This document shows, one piece after another, positions 49,491 to 62,977 of a stretch of DNA of 64,000 bases (the stretch's first letter is position 1; each line of letters starts with the position of its first letter). The notes under the pieces are model-generated. The model worked only from the letters and a program-made list of their open reading frames with translations, made no database searches and had not been told where the DNA came from. The DNA is from Octopus sinensis (Eukaryota): contig NC_043002.1 in assembly GCF_006345805.1 (NCBI RefSeq), forward strand, positions 111,538,001 through 111,602,000. The letters are read 5' to 3'. The position numbers and the translations under genes are program-made.

Positions 49491-49674
49491 AAAAAAAAAA
49501 AAAATATATCACACACTTATGTAGAGGAAACAATCGATTAAATCGATCTCCAGTATTTGGCTAATAAATTTTATCAACACAAAAAAGGCGAGAAAGTATA
49601 ATGTGACCCACAATGTAGCTAAATGGCGCAAACATTTTTTCTTATATTCTAACTCTTGTGGGTCACTCTCTAAA

Positions 49675-49922
49675 AGACATTTTTAGAGAGTTACTTCCCT
49701 TATATAATAACGAAAAATGCATTAAAATGGAAAAAATGACGGTAATTTTTTTTTAAATCGTAGACTCATCGTAGACGCGCGCTAATACCCAGAAGGGCTC
49801 GATATGAATCACGACTATAAGATACCCGGTTTTGGTTAAACTGCACCGCAAAACGTGGGAGTAGTTAGGAATCTAAATCGTAGGAGACAGACAGCACACA
49901 ACCTCACTTTTATATATAAAGA
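49675..49922 (-). mobile_element. Helitron 5' fragment (3'-truncated)
   Basis: Intact A|TC 5' end at 49922; stops after ~250 bp with no CTAG end. Confidence 0.82.
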
Positions 49923-50075
49923 TTTATTTCAATTTAAGTCTCAACACTCCTTTTTCCTATCTCCGTCCATTAACTTAATTATTTACTCATTAATTTTATT
50001 TTTGAAGCACGAAATTCCAGTAACTCACATTCAAACAATTCAGAGGTTATAGATTGTTTATCTCTAATTTTTTTT

Positions 50076-50505
50076 TTACTTGTTTCAGCCATTAGATTGT
50101 GGCCATGCTGGGGCACCGCCTTGAAGCATTTTTAGTCGAATGAATCAACACCAGTACTTGTTTTTTTGTAAAGCCTGATATATATTCTATCGGACTCTTT
50201 TGCCGAAGCGCTATGTTACGGGGACGTAAACACGCCAACACCGGTTGTCAAGCGGTGGTGAAGGACAAACACAGACGCGAAGACACACACAGACACACAC
50301 ACAAACACACACACACACACACAAACATGCACACACATGCACGCACGCACACACACACGGCAGGCTTCTTCCAGTTTCCGTCTACCAAATCCACTCACAA
50401 GGCTTTATTCGGTCCAAGGTAGAAGACACTTGCTCAAGTGGGACTGAATCATCCGGAACCATGTGGTTAGGAAGCGAGCTTCTTACTGTACAGCCATGTC
50501 TACTC
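50076..50505 (-). mobile_element. SINE family B, diverged
   Basis: Family match. Confidence 0.75.
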
Positions 50506-50529
50506 CTAAACAAATCTCTTTAATAATGA

Positions 50530-50928
50530 CTAGCAGTAACGCCTGGCGTTGCTCGGGTTTGCAAGGGAAATAACTATATAAGCATTTTTAGAGAGTTATA
50601 GCCAAAAAATAGCAAAAAAAGGCATTAAAAATGAAAAAAAAATTATGGTAAATTTTTTTTTTAAATCGTTGACTCATCGTAGACATTTTTAGAGAGTTAC
50701 TTCCCTTATATAATAGCGAAAAAATGCATTAAAATGGGAAAAATTGATGGTAATTTTTTTTTTAAATCGTAGACTCATCGTAGACGCGCGCTAATACCCT
50801 GAAGGGCTCGATATGAATCACGACTATAAGATACCCGGTTTTGGTTAAACTGCACCGCAAAATGTGGGAGTAGTTAGGAATCTAAATCGTAGGAGACAGA
50901 CACACAACTTCACTTTTTTATATAAAGA
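50530..50928 (-). mobile_element. Non-autonomous Helitron, subfamily b
   Basis: TC and CTAG termini; same internal duplication as the 26800 copy. Confidence 0.86.
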
Positions 50929-51527
50929 TTTCCATTATTTCGTTTGCTGTCTCTATAAAATAATTTATGACATACAAAACTAAAAAAAAAAAAATGATTA
51001 TCTGCTGCTCAAAAGTTTCCCCAGTTATGTCAGAGAATTTGTTCTTCTTGTAGATACTCACCAATGCTCGCACCAAAAAATGCTCGCCTTCTCTGACTCA
51101 AAACCTTTTGTGCTCATCATCATCGTAATTAATAACAGCAACAACAAAAACGTTAACATCATTATTTTTAATGTTAATTAATACCGACAATGCCATCGTT
51201 GTTAGAAATAAGTCAATGCACATACACAGCAGAAAAGAATACTCAAGAGTTCTTGACCTTTAAACAACAGTTTATTATTTCTCTGGTAAAATGGTTCAAA
51301 CGAAAACCACGAGCTTTATCTTTCGAAGGTTTCCATGGTTTTTCTTTTTTTCTCCGCAAAAATCGCGGTCTAATGGTGAGGTTAGTGAGAATTTACGATT
51401 TATCCGTCGGTGACGGAGCACGACCGGACTCACACCCCTTCTGAAAGTTCGAGTCATGCCAGACTTATACATGACTTTTGTCCAAATGGAGAGACACAAT
51501 AGTGATAGACAGACAGAGAAAGAGAGG

Positions 51528-51586
<59 letters not shown>

Positions 51587-52558
51587 TCAGAAAACGTTTT
51601 GGGTAAGTTTCATCTTTTCAACACACACACAGACACACACACACACACACAGACACACACACAGACTCATTTTCACTTCTGTGTCGAATCTGAGGATGAG
51701 TATCAAATGAGGCACAATTTAGAAAAATATCAGAAAAGCGTCTCTCAACCTGTCTTCATTCATCTATACATATTTCAATATCTTTTAATACCACGTCGTT
51801 TTCAGGTGCCAGGTTATATTGTCCAATATATCATATTCATAGATGTTTTCACTACGTCATTTATTCGTTTGTTCTAAATTTCTCCTCGCGTAAACTTCTT
51901 AGAAAAATTTTCCTGACAAATTCATAAGTTCTGTACTACTTCATGTCTGGACCGGTTGTCGAATTGGATTTTCATAAATTCATAAAGTACTTTCATAAAT
52001 TACCATAAAACTTATTTTCAATTTCTAGAAGTGTTGATAAATTTATTTCATCACCAATGAATTTTTGACCACCTTTTGTTATTCCTAGATGCTTCGATAA
52101 TCAATGTTTTTTATAGATATTTTTCATGAATTTCCTTCTCTACATTGTTTTAATATATTTGTTATTTGGTTTGCAAAAATAATTTTCCTGTAGAAATATT
52201 TACATCTAAAGGAAAGAGTTCACGTTTTTAAAGAAAACTCATAAATTTGGATAATTTTGAATGTTTTGATATTTACCGATTATTCCATATTGATTTTAAG
52301 CGTGTTGTTAACACGTGCACAACCGATTTATAATAATTTTGTTTTTTACAAATTTTACATCTCAAGAGAAAATAAACTTTTCAATAAATAATTTTTACAC
52401 GGATTTTCCCCTCCCTTGTTATATTACTAGAAAATGTCATAAGTAATTGAAAGAATGTTATCCTACTGAGACGGACTAACACCCGTTAGTTATAATGATT
52501 CGCGCAAGGAGACGTGGAATGTCATTTTATCGGTAGTTCCAAAAAATTGTTAGTCCAA

Positions 52559-52787
52559 GAATGTTGGTTTCAAATTTTGGCACAAGGCCAGCAAGGTTTT
52601 GGGGGATGGGAGAGGCTAAGTTGATTACATCGACCCCAGTGTTCAACTGGTTCTTATTTTATCGACCCCGAAAGGATAAAAGGCAAAGTCGACCTCGGCG
52701 GAATTTGAATTTAGAATGTAAAACCTGACGAAATGCCGCAAAGCATTTTGAACGGAGTTCTAACGATTCTGCCAGTTCACCGCCTTA
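52559..52787 (-). mobile_element. SINE family C, diverged variant
   Basis: TSD TGTTAGTCCA flanking; same core motif. Confidence 0.75.
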
Positions 52788-52975
52788 TGTTAGTCCAGGG
52801 ATATTAAAATCAAAGTAGATTATTATTATTATAAGTTCCACTTGTTGTCACTTCTTTGTGTTGCTTTATGTAGGAAATGTAACCGTTTCATGTTGAAAGC
52901 AAATGTTTTTTTAAAGCTAGAATCAGCTTCTACCAAGTAATGCTAAATTTTTATGTCAATTGGAAAATACTTGAA

Positions 52976-53019
<44 letters not shown>

Positions 53020-53030
53020 ACACACACACA

Positions 53031-53070
<40 letters not shown>

Positions 53071-53435
53071 TGTGTTCAGATAGAATGGTTATATCAACGT
53101 CGTTTTTTTATCTGTCATTTTTTTATTAGAAAGTTATGTCATTTTATCTTGATGAAGCAAATTCACTTTTATAGTTTTCTACCAGAAATTCAGTTAACAT
53201 TTTTTTTTCTTACCTACAGAAAAAACTTGTTTATTTGTTTAGTTGAGGTGAATGATAGTGGAATGCGTTTACATCATTTTTTTTCTTCTTAAATTCATTC
53301 GACAACAATGTTTCAGTATGATAAATAGAGTTTATGATATACTACCTTTTGAATATTCTCCAAGTCTTTTTTGTTTTTTTACTTTATCAACATCATTATT
53401 TACACACCACAAAACATCATCATACGAAGACTGCT

Positions 53436-54036
53436 TCACTGATAGGCGTCGCCATTTTTATCTTCCCAGTCGCCGCTGCCATATTTTTTTGCTGGATTGT
53501 TTTTAATAACACTTCCGTTGCTTGATCTTACCGATCGTTTAAGATTGGCGCTTTCTCTGATATCGATCGTCATTGTCTTTTGACTCCATCGATTAGCTAG
53601 TGGTCCGCCGTACATCCCGTTCGAAGAACTATCAACAGATTTGCGTGGTCCTTTCTTCTTCTTCAGGGTTCCCATCTTTATGAGCTGGATCCATGCCATT
53701 TTTGCCTCAGGATTTAAAAGGCACCGGAACACGAAGATGAAGAATCCTTGTAGAGAATTCAAGATGCAAAACAAATAGTTGAAGACAAGTTTAATTTCAT
53801 TTACAGCCAGAGGACCAAAGAGCCAGGTTACTCCCAGAAGAACCATTACAGTGAAGCATCCACGGACTTGGACCATTGTTACTGGAGAATTACATTGATT
53901 TTTATTTTTGAATTTAGGCTTCATTATAACTTTAGTAACCATTGCAAAAACCAGCGAGTTGATGGACAGTATAATGCATGCCGGTGCCAGAAGAGCTGCG
54001 TAGAATGCCGTTCTGTTGCCGTGCGAGAGGAAACAG
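53436..54036 (-). CDS. Adhesion-class GPCR terminal exon (TM5-TM7 and C-tail)
   Basis: tttctttgcag acceptor; CFLSHGNRTAFYAALLAPACIILSINSLVF...LLGVTWLFG...YLFCILNSLQGFFIFVFRCLLN...DAYQ* (LLG.TW.FG and NSLQG.FIF motifs). Confidence 0.93.
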
Positions 54037-54570
54037 CTGCAAAGAAATAGAAAGAGATGAGTAAATATGTTGTACAGACTGTTATGTGTAGTTTGGGTTC
54101 TAATGGGATAGACAACCAAATGAAAACCATTGTTATTGCTACGTGTTTATTTCTTATTCATGATACACGGACTCGACATTCAGCGTATTAATACATTATA
54201 TACTTTACACACAGTTGTACTGTTCACTAACAAAATAGTGCCAAGAGTGGGGATGCAGCTTGGCACACGCAAACACATAGATATGAATGTGTAACACAGA
54301 CGAAAGCCAATGTGTTAGTTAGTCATTCAGGAGAATACCAGGAAAATATCAAGAACTAGGACATTACAATTAAACACAATACGGAGGGTTTTACAATACA
54401 GCATCAAGTGCTGCGTGAGATAACGCATTTTGAACTAAGAGTGATCGGCCTTTTTTCAACTTGTAACGAACTTTTGTTTTGCTTGAAGCCTGACAAATAG
54501 AAATTGTCTTATGCAGCTTGATCAAATTAGCACTTCACGTGACTTTTAGACTTTATTTTCGCAGTGAAAA

Positions 54571-54951
54571 TCTTTATATATAAAAGTGAGGTTGTGTGCT
54601 GTCTGTCTCCTACGATTTAGATTCCTAACTACTCCCACATTTTGCGGTGCAGTTTAACCAAAACCGGGTATCTTATAGTCGTGATTCATATGGAGCCATT
54701 CTGGGTATTAGCGCGCGTCTACGATGAGTCTACGATTTAAAAAAAAAATTACCATCAATTTTTCACATTTTTAATGCATTTTTGGCATATATAAGGGAAG
54801 TAACTCTCTAAAAATTTATTATTAAATCTCAGAACGTAAAAAGCTACATATGGTTAGCCATATTGAGATGGCTATTATACTTTACATCTCTAAAAATGCT
54901 TATATAGTTATTTCCCTTACAAACCCGAGCAACGCCGGGCGATACTGCTAG
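54571..54951 (+). mobile_element. Non-autonomous Helitron, subfamily a
   Basis: A|TC at 54571; hairpin CCCG-A-GC-AAC-GC-CGGG at 54924-54939; CTAG|T at 54948-54952. Confidence 0.9.
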
Positions 54952-55299
54952 TCTTACATAAAAATCACTTCACGCGGCCTGCCAAATTCTACTTATCATG
55001 TGACTGTTTAACGCCATTTTTAACCAATCAATAATCAACTACTTCTTGCGCAATTTATTTTTGGCGCATCTATTCCCCCAGAAAGCAGCTCTTGCCAGGA
55101 GCTGATCTGATGTGTATAAAGATACGAGAGTATTTTATTACTAGACACTGTCGTAAACAAATACTTTTACAAAATACGCCATCACAACTTCTGCTTATTA
55201 AAAATTTCTTGTTTCATGGAATATTTTCTTTTAATGCATTTTTGGTTCTACAAACCGAACGTCATGAATATATGGTTTGCTGAATTCTATTGTTTAGAT

Positions 55300-55695
55300 A
55301 CTCTCTTTTACTCTTTTACTTGTTTCAGTCATTTGACTGCGGCCATGCTGGAGCACCGCCTTTAATCGAGCAACACGACCCCGGGACTTATTCTTTTGTA
55401 AGCCCAGTACTTATTCTATCGGTTTCTTTTGCCGAACCGCTAAGTAACGGGGACATAAACACACCAGCATCGGTTGTCAAGTAATGCTAGGGGGACAAAC
55501 ACACACAAACATATATATATAAATATTTACATATATACGACGGGCTTCTTTCAGTTTCCGTCTACCAAATCCAGTCACAAGGCATTGGTCGGCCCGAGGC
55601 TATAGTAGAAGACACTTGCCCAAGATGCCACGCAGTGGGACTGAACCCGGAACCATGTGGCTGGTTAACAAGCTACTTACCACACAGCAATGCCT

Positions 55696-55740
<45 letters not shown>

Positions 55741-55912
55741 TATATACGACGGGCTTCTTTTCAGTTTCCGTCTACCAAATCCACTCACAAGGCTTTGGTC
55801 GGCCCGAGGCTATTGTAGAAGACACTTGCCCAAGGTTCCACGCAGTGGGACTGAACCCGGAACCATGTGGTTGGTTAGCAAGCTACTTACCACACAGCCA
55901 CTCCTGCGCCTA
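55300..55912 (-). mobile_element. SINE family B with duplicated head half
   Basis: 55535-55697 is repeated at 55738-55912 across a (TA)n array. Confidence 0.85.
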
Positions 55913-56139
55913 TGTTTTAAAATTTTTCACTGTTTTGCGTCTCCCTCTATTCACATTCTTGTTTGCTGTTCAGTATCAAGCACTTTGCTGACGACATCCT
56001 TTGTTGTGCTGTACGTTTATCTTGGCATGCTGTTCCTTCTTTTAACACGCACACATTTTTTAACAAGTTTAATTGTTCATAGGAAACGTTTATAACCATA
56101 GGTTATTCCCTTGGAACTGTGCTAGGAATTTTATTCATA

Positions 56140-56392
56140 TCACTTTGACTTTCACTTTGACCGACCAGTCCGTCAGGCGTCCATTTGACACCGCTGGTCA
56201 CAGCACGCTGTCCACTCCTCTCTGGATTGCGCCTTTCTCATCCACGTGATCCCAATTGTCCTCTTGAAATCGTCACTCCACCGTCGTGGAGGTCTTCCGG
56301 GTGGTCTTTTCCGCTCACGCGGGTACCACTCGACAACTGCGTGCGTCCACCGATTATCGGTGAGCTGGGCGACGTGTCCAGCCCATCTATAC
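56140..56392 (-). mobile_element. RTE-clade LINE 3' fragment
   Basis: GHVAQLTDNRWT..VVEWYPRERKRPPGRPPRRWSDD; short repeated tail gtcaaagtga(aa). Confidence 0.8.
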
Positions 56393-57134
56393 TTTATTCA
56401 TACGAAATGTAAAACTATTCCATATTTAACTATTTCTATGTTGGAGTAAGTTTTATATAAGACAAAGGAGAGTAAAACTGCAATCAGTGAATGTCGTCAT
56501 TCGAACCTGTGCATTTCTACATTTGGTGAATCGATTTTAAACAGGCGAACGTTGCTTTGAACGTGCGAGCTCCATGCAAACACAATTCATTTTAAATAAA
56601 GTTCATGATCCCAATTATTCGAACGACTGAAATATGGAAGCAGCGTGACAATATATGAGAAAAAATATTCACCAACACATGAAATATGATTAATCGACAG
56701 CAAATACTGAACACTATCCACTGTGTTGCCATTCACACTCCTCAAGATCAGTAGTCCATTACAGCAGCAAAGACCTGTCTCTGCGGGACGGAATCGCTCT
56801 TAGAATAAGTTTGAAATGGACTATTAATTCACAAAACGTAGCTCCATCTTAGAATTCCATGACTGCAACAAATGATGTCCACCGCGTTTAACTCCAAAAG
56901 AATAACCGTAAAGCAGTAAATGTTGCCAGTGCACTAATATTAATATTCGAATCACTAATTTGGATAGAACCCATACCAAATCCTATAGAATTTTGAAGAA
57001 ATGATGAAAGTCAAAGTTAACGTTGAGTAGAATCTGAAATCAGAGCGTAAATGATGTAACTAAATAAAAGCAAGGCATTTTTGGCCGGCATTCTATCAAT
57101 ATTGTCATTTAAAGCTGCAGTAAATATCACACGT

Positions 57135-57520
57135 GGAGGCGCAATGGCCCAGTGGTTAGGGCAGCGGACTCGCGGTCGTAGGATCGCGGTTTCGATTCCC
57201 AGACCGGGCGTTGTGAGTGTTTATTGAGCGAAAACACCTAAAAGCTCCACGAGGCTCCGGCAGGGGATGGTGGTGATCCCTGCTGTACTCTTTAACCACA
57301 ACTTTCTCTCACTCTTACTTCCTGTTTCTGTTGTACCTGTATTTCAAGGGGCCGGCCTTGTCACTCTCTGTGTCACGCTGAATATCCCCGAGAACTACGT
57401 TAAGGGTGCACGTGTCTGTGGAGTGCTCAGCCACTTACACGTTAATTTCACGAGCAGGCTGTTCCGTTGCTTCGGATCAACCGGAACCCTCATCGTCGTA
57501 ACCGACGGAGTGCTTCCCAA
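57135..57520 (+). mobile_element. SINE family A
   Basis: 11-bp TSD AAATATCACAC at 57122-57132 and 57526-57536. Confidence 0.9.
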
Positions 57521-57754
57521 AAAAAAAATATCACACACTTTTGTAGAGGAAACAATCGATTAAATCGATCTCCAGTATTTGGCTAATAAATATTTTATCA
57601 ACACAAAAAAGGCGAGAAAGTATAAGGTGACCCACAATGTAGCTAAATGGCGCAAACATTTTCTCTTGTGTTCTAACTCTTCTGCTAATCTACTGGTGTT
57701 TAGTGCAATGATGATGATGATGATGCTGAGAACAGCAACAACAACAACACATCC

Positions 57755-57827
<73 letters not shown>

Positions 57828-58214
57828 CACACACACAGTCTGAACGTATAAACAATGACGATGAATGAAACCTATACACATGACCAGAACAATCTGGAAT
57901 AGATAAAACGAATGAGGGATCTCATCTTACAGAAACTTATCTGGTATTGCTTCATATGATATGCATGTTATTATTACATGCTGATAAACCATTTCCGATA
58001 GACTGGTTTGCGGTCTTTTGGTCTGTCGATAAGATATATCTATCGATTTTTCTGGTGAGGAATAATTTATCAGTATTTTAGTTCAATAATGAAAGAAATA
58101 TAATCCAGCACATACGTGAATATCTCCCCCCCTCCAAATCACACTCTCCTGTCTTAGATAAAGGTTTCACTGAACAATATAGGTCCTGATGTGTGTTTGT
58201 GTGTGGGTATGCAT

Positions 58215-58616
58215 ACTCTCTCTTTTACTCTTTTACTTGTTTCAGTCATTTTGACTGCGGCCATGCTGGAGCACCACCTTTAGTCGAGCAAATCGACCCC
58301 GGGACTTATTCTTTGTAAGCCCAGTACTTATTCTATCGGTGTCTTTTGCCGAACCGCTAAGTGACGGGGATGTAAACACACCAACATCGGTTGTCAAGCA
58401 ATGCTAGGGGGACAAACACAGACACAGAAACACACACACGCATATATATATATACATATATACGACGGGCTTCTTTCAGTTTCCGTCTACCAAATCCACT
58501 CACAAGGCATTGGTCGGCCCGGGGCTATAGCAGAAGACACTTGCCCAAGATGCCACGCAGTGGGACTGAACCCGGAACCATGTGGTTGGTTACCACACAG
58601 CCACTCCTGCGCCTAC
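58215..58616 (-). mobile_element. SINE family B
   Basis: Family match. Confidence 0.85.
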
Positions 58617-58860
58617 GTATGTATGTATGTATGTATGTATGTATGTATGTATGTGTGTGTGTGTGTGTATGTGTGTGTGTGTGTGTACATGTATAGAAAG
58701 AGGGAGAGAGAGGATGCTATGGCTATCATTTAACTGAGTTGGTTACCCCTTCCAGCAGGCAGAGGGCCACACTGAGAGTTTCTTGTAGTAGTTGTAGTTG
58801 TAGCAATGGTGATGTAGTGTGTTTAGTTGTCTCTTTGCGCTTTTCCAATTCACGTCCGGC

Positions 58861-58909
58861 CTTTTTGAGTCCTCTTTTTGAGTCCTCTTTTTGAGTCCTC
58901 TTTTTGAGT
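58861..58909. repeat. 13-bp minisatellite CTTTTTGAGTCCT x ~3.8
   Basis: Exact units at 58861, 58874 and 58887. Confidence 0.9.
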
Positions 58910-58971
58910 ATTACGAAATCCTAAGCGGTGGCATATTTAGCTCATGCCCTAAATCCGTCTTTTGATTAATA

Positions 58972-59210
58972 TGTATTTCTTTACTACCCACAAGGGGCTA
59001 AACATAGAGGGGACAAACAAAGACAGACAAAGGGATGAAGTCGATTACATCGACCCCAGTGCGAAACTGGTACTTAATTTATCGACCCCGAAAGGATGAA
59101 AGGCAAAGTCGACCTCGGCGGAATTTGAACTCAGAATGTAAAGACAGACGAAATACGGCTACGCATTTCGCCCAGCGTGCTAACGTTTCTGCCAGCTCGC
59201 CGCCCTTAAT
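58972..59210 (-). mobile_element. SINE family C
   Basis: TSD CTTTTGATTAATA at 58959-58971 and 59211-59223. Confidence 0.88.
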
Positions 59211-59299
59211 CTTTTGATTAATAGAGTCTGCTTGATGAGGGCTGAGCTGGGAACTAATCATCAACAAGAACCAAACAAAGAAAGAAGACAAAAACTCAC

Positions 59300-59369
59300 T
59301 ATTCCGGCGGTGTCTTGTAATTCTTCAAGTCTACTGCAAGAGTTATGGCGACAATTAGAGCAGGGAAAC
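59300..59369 (-). CDS. Adhesion-class GPCR exon (TM4-ECL2, 70 nt)
   Basis: ttttgttttag acceptor; GFPALIVAITLAVDLKNYKTPPEY; donor GTGAGT; phases 1 and 2 join the flanking exons exactly (WG|FP..., Y|CFL). Confidence 0.88.
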
Positions 59370-59514
59370 CTAAAACAAAACAAATGAGTGAAGAAAACAA
59401 ATAAATGAAAACAGAACAACAAAAGATTCGTTGTGGTTCCCATAAAATAAAATAAGAAAAAAAAGAAACGAAAATTAAAAGAAAAATCAGTTTCTATGAC
59501 TCTCTCTCTCTCTT

Positions 59515-59912
59515 TGCCCTTTTACTTGTTTCAGTCATTTGACTGCGACCATGCTGGAGCACCGCCTTTAGTCGAGCAAATCGACCCCGGGACTTATTCT
59601 TTGTAAGCCCAGTACTTATTCTATCGGTCTCTTTTTGCCGAACCGCTAAGTGACGGGGACATAAACACACCAGCATCGGCTGTCAAGCAATGCTAGGGGG
59701 ACAAACACACAAACACATACACATACATATATATATATATACCTATATACGACAGGCTTCTTTCAGTTTCCGTCTACCAAATCTACTCACAAGGCTTTGG
59801 TCGGCCCGAGGCTATAGTAGAAGACACTTGCCCAAGGTGCCACGCAGTGGGACTGAACCCGGAACCATGTGGTTGGTAAACAAGCTACTTACCACACAGC
59901 CACTCCTGCGCC
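59515..59912 (-). mobile_element. SINE family B
   Basis: Full-length family match. Confidence 0.85.
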
Positions 59913-60664
59913 TATTTAACTTTCATATTTTGTTTAGCTTTTGCTAATTTTGAAAGCAAAGGTATTGATTTGTAATGAACGCTTTTCTAGTCTGAAAAAT
60001 GTTTACCAGATTAATCAAAACACTTGGATTTAACCAAGTCTATTGTTTACGTTACATTTTTGGATATGTTGTATTTCGTGTTCACTTGAATGTATAATTT
60101 TGGCAGAGGTAGATGACTGATTAACGAGAACACTGAGTGAATGTCAAATGATAGGGTAAATATTTATTTAACCAGCCACACTAGTGATATAAAAATAAAA
60201 CCAGTTGCTTCATTAGATGGATAATCAGATATGTCAATGGATAATCAGTACAAATGGCGCCAAGAAACACGAAAAAGCTTGTCGCAGATTTGAGATTTAA
60301 AAAAAAAATTACTTTTTGAGTTTGGAGTTTGGAGGAAGGGGTTTTGAGCATGACTTTTGCAGACCCATCGTGATTGGTTAGCTGGATGTCATTAATGTTC
60401 CGTTTAAACAAGGGGTTCTCACCCAATGGTCCATATGATCCCTGGGGTTCATAAAAGATTTGTTGGGGGGTCCACGCATGCAAAATCGTAAATTAGGGAT
60501 CCACAAATAGTATTTTAGAGGTTCATGAAAAATTTTGATTTAGATGTATTTATAGCAAGAAACAGCTGGGTTTGTTTCTCTAATTTGTCTAAGTTGAACT
60601 ACGTAAAACGTTAATGAGTGAAAAGCAAAATAAAATAATAGCAACAACAACAACAATAATGATG

Positions 60665-60707
60665 ATTATAATAATAATAATAATAATAGTAGGAGTAGCA
60701 GCAGTAA

Positions 60708-60752
<45 letters not shown>

Positions 60753-60793
60753 CAGCAGTAATAGTAGTAGTAATATTATTATTATTATTATTA

Positions 60794-60873
<80 letters not shown>
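60665..60873. repeat. Compound trinucleotide array (ATA)(GTA)(TTA)(ATA)
   Basis: Directly visible. Confidence 0.95.
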
Positions 60874-60874
<1 letters not shown>

Positions 60875-60993
60875 TAACATTATTACGGCAAAAAGAAACA
60901 TTCTTCAAACCGAAAAATCGTTCTCTATTTATTTTTGACTGCGCGGGTATACTAGTAATGTTATATGATGGATGAAGCAAGGATAATACTCAC

Positions 60994-61274
60994 CCCAGGC
61001 GACAAACATTCGTTTTAACATGAAATGACTGTGGTATATGCTGAACACGGTGACAAGAAGCTGGTACATATTGAAGGCCTCTACACACATCCAGGCAAGT
61101 GTCGTTAACAGAAATAAATGTGAGAGTATGGTGAGAGTGAAACACAATGCCTCTGCTGACTCTTCTGTCTTCATGGAATCGACTTGGCTCGTTACAAGGA
61201 ACACACTGTTCAGCAGTAACATCGACGTACACAAATTCAGCAGGATTTTACCGGAGTGGTCACCATGAAGACAT
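60994..61274 (-). CDS. Adhesion-class GPCR exon (TM2-TM4 start)
   Basis: CLHGDHSGKILLNLCTSMLLLNSVFLV...LCFTLTILSHLFLLTTLAWMCVEAFNMYQLLVTVF...FVAWG (family-B H.F.L....WM.VEA motif); donor GTGAGT. Confidence 0.92.
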
Positions 61275-61608
61275 CTAGGTAAGAAAAACGAAGATAATGA
61301 CAATGATGGGGAAATTTGATTAGGATCATATTTATGGCGAAATCATCTTGATGTTATTAATAATGATATGACAGAATCGTTAACACGATGGGCAAAAAAG
61401 CTTGGCGGTATTTCGTTGGTATTTACGTTCTGAGTTCAAATTCCGCCGAGGTTGGCTTTGCCTTTAATTCTTTCAGGGGTCATCAAAATAAAAACCGGCT
61501 GAACACTGGGGTCGATCTAATCATTGCTGGCCTTGTGCCAAAATTTGAAACTAATAATGATATTGATAATAATAATAATAATAATACTAGTAATAATAAT
61601 AATAACAA

Positions 61609-61665
<57 letters not shown>

Positions 61666-62478
61666 GATGATGATGGTGATGATATTGAAGATCACGACGA
61701 TGACTTAAATAATAATTGTAATTTCTCATCTAGGCACACATTTTTGAGTGGAAGAAACTTATATTCATATCGACACATACATACAATACATACATACATA
61801 CATACATACATACATACATACATACATGATGGCTGCCCCCTCATTATCGAGTATTGGCATTGCACGAAGCTCAACTGTTATTGGTGCTGTGATCGAATGT
61901 GACTTGCTTTTTAAGGCTACAGCCAGCCATTCAGTTGAGACTCACAGCACTATCAACAATCATGAACAATATTATCATGCAATGCCTGTGCAAGAGGACT
62001 TTTTTTTAAAGTGAGGAAAGGCTGTGCACTGAATCAATCCCACTCACTAAGCAACAGCAGCCATAATCCGAAAAGAAGAACAAGTCGACATCATCGGTAA
62101 CCACTGAGCCGCAGGTTTTATGTCGGAGTTATCCCAGTTACCTGAGTTACCTTCTCCTAGAACGATGCCCTAACAAAGGCTAGGAGTCCTTCACTCCCAA
62201 TGGTTTAACTGCGCGATCGGGTATTCAATCCGATTATTTCTATGTCCTCATGCCTTAAGACATTTATTGGATGGCCGTTGACGGGTTTTGTTTTTCATCC
62301 CACAGGGTGTCCAATAAACACCCTCCTCACCAAGCAAGCTTGGTGGTGTTGCCAGTTTAGTCGCCGACGGCCCGACCATGCAGCAGGTTGTAGTGGGTTA
62401 CATGTTACCAGTAGCACTCGAAAGTGACCTGACACAACATACATACATACATACATACATACTACATACATACATACA

Positions 62479-62511
<33 letters not shown>

Positions 62512-62709
62512 CTTTTGTTACCTGGAAGAATTTTAGTCGAAGAAATGGATCCTAGCACTTACTTTTTTTAAAGTGTGGTACTTCTTAGTCTATCAGTTTT
62601 TTTTCAGAACCGTTAAGTTACGGGGACACACCCACACCAGTTAAAAGCAGTGGTGAGGACACACAGACACAGACAGACAGACACACACACACGCACACAC
62701 ACACACACG

Positions 62710-62786
<77 letters not shown>

Positions 62787-62823
62787 TAGAGACAAAATAG
62801 AATCATCAAATAAAGTAACCAAC

Positions 62824-62945
62824 CCGAAGAGACCATATGTGATAATGGTAAGAAGAATGCCAACAATGGAAATGATGCATCCAATGTAGGATATGTAGCT
62901 CAGAATTTTCTGGTGGATTTCAGACAGTTCACCTGGGGAAGTATT
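62824..62945 (-). CDS. Adhesion-class GPCR exon (stalk and TM1)
   Basis: cttcttcag acceptor; NTSPGELSEIHQKILSYISYIGCIISIVGILLTIITYGLF; donor GTTGGT; LSYISYIGC..SI is typical of adhesion-GPCR TM1. Confidence 0.85.
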
Positions 62946-62977
62946 CTGAAGAAGAAAATCAAAAATCAAAATAAGTT

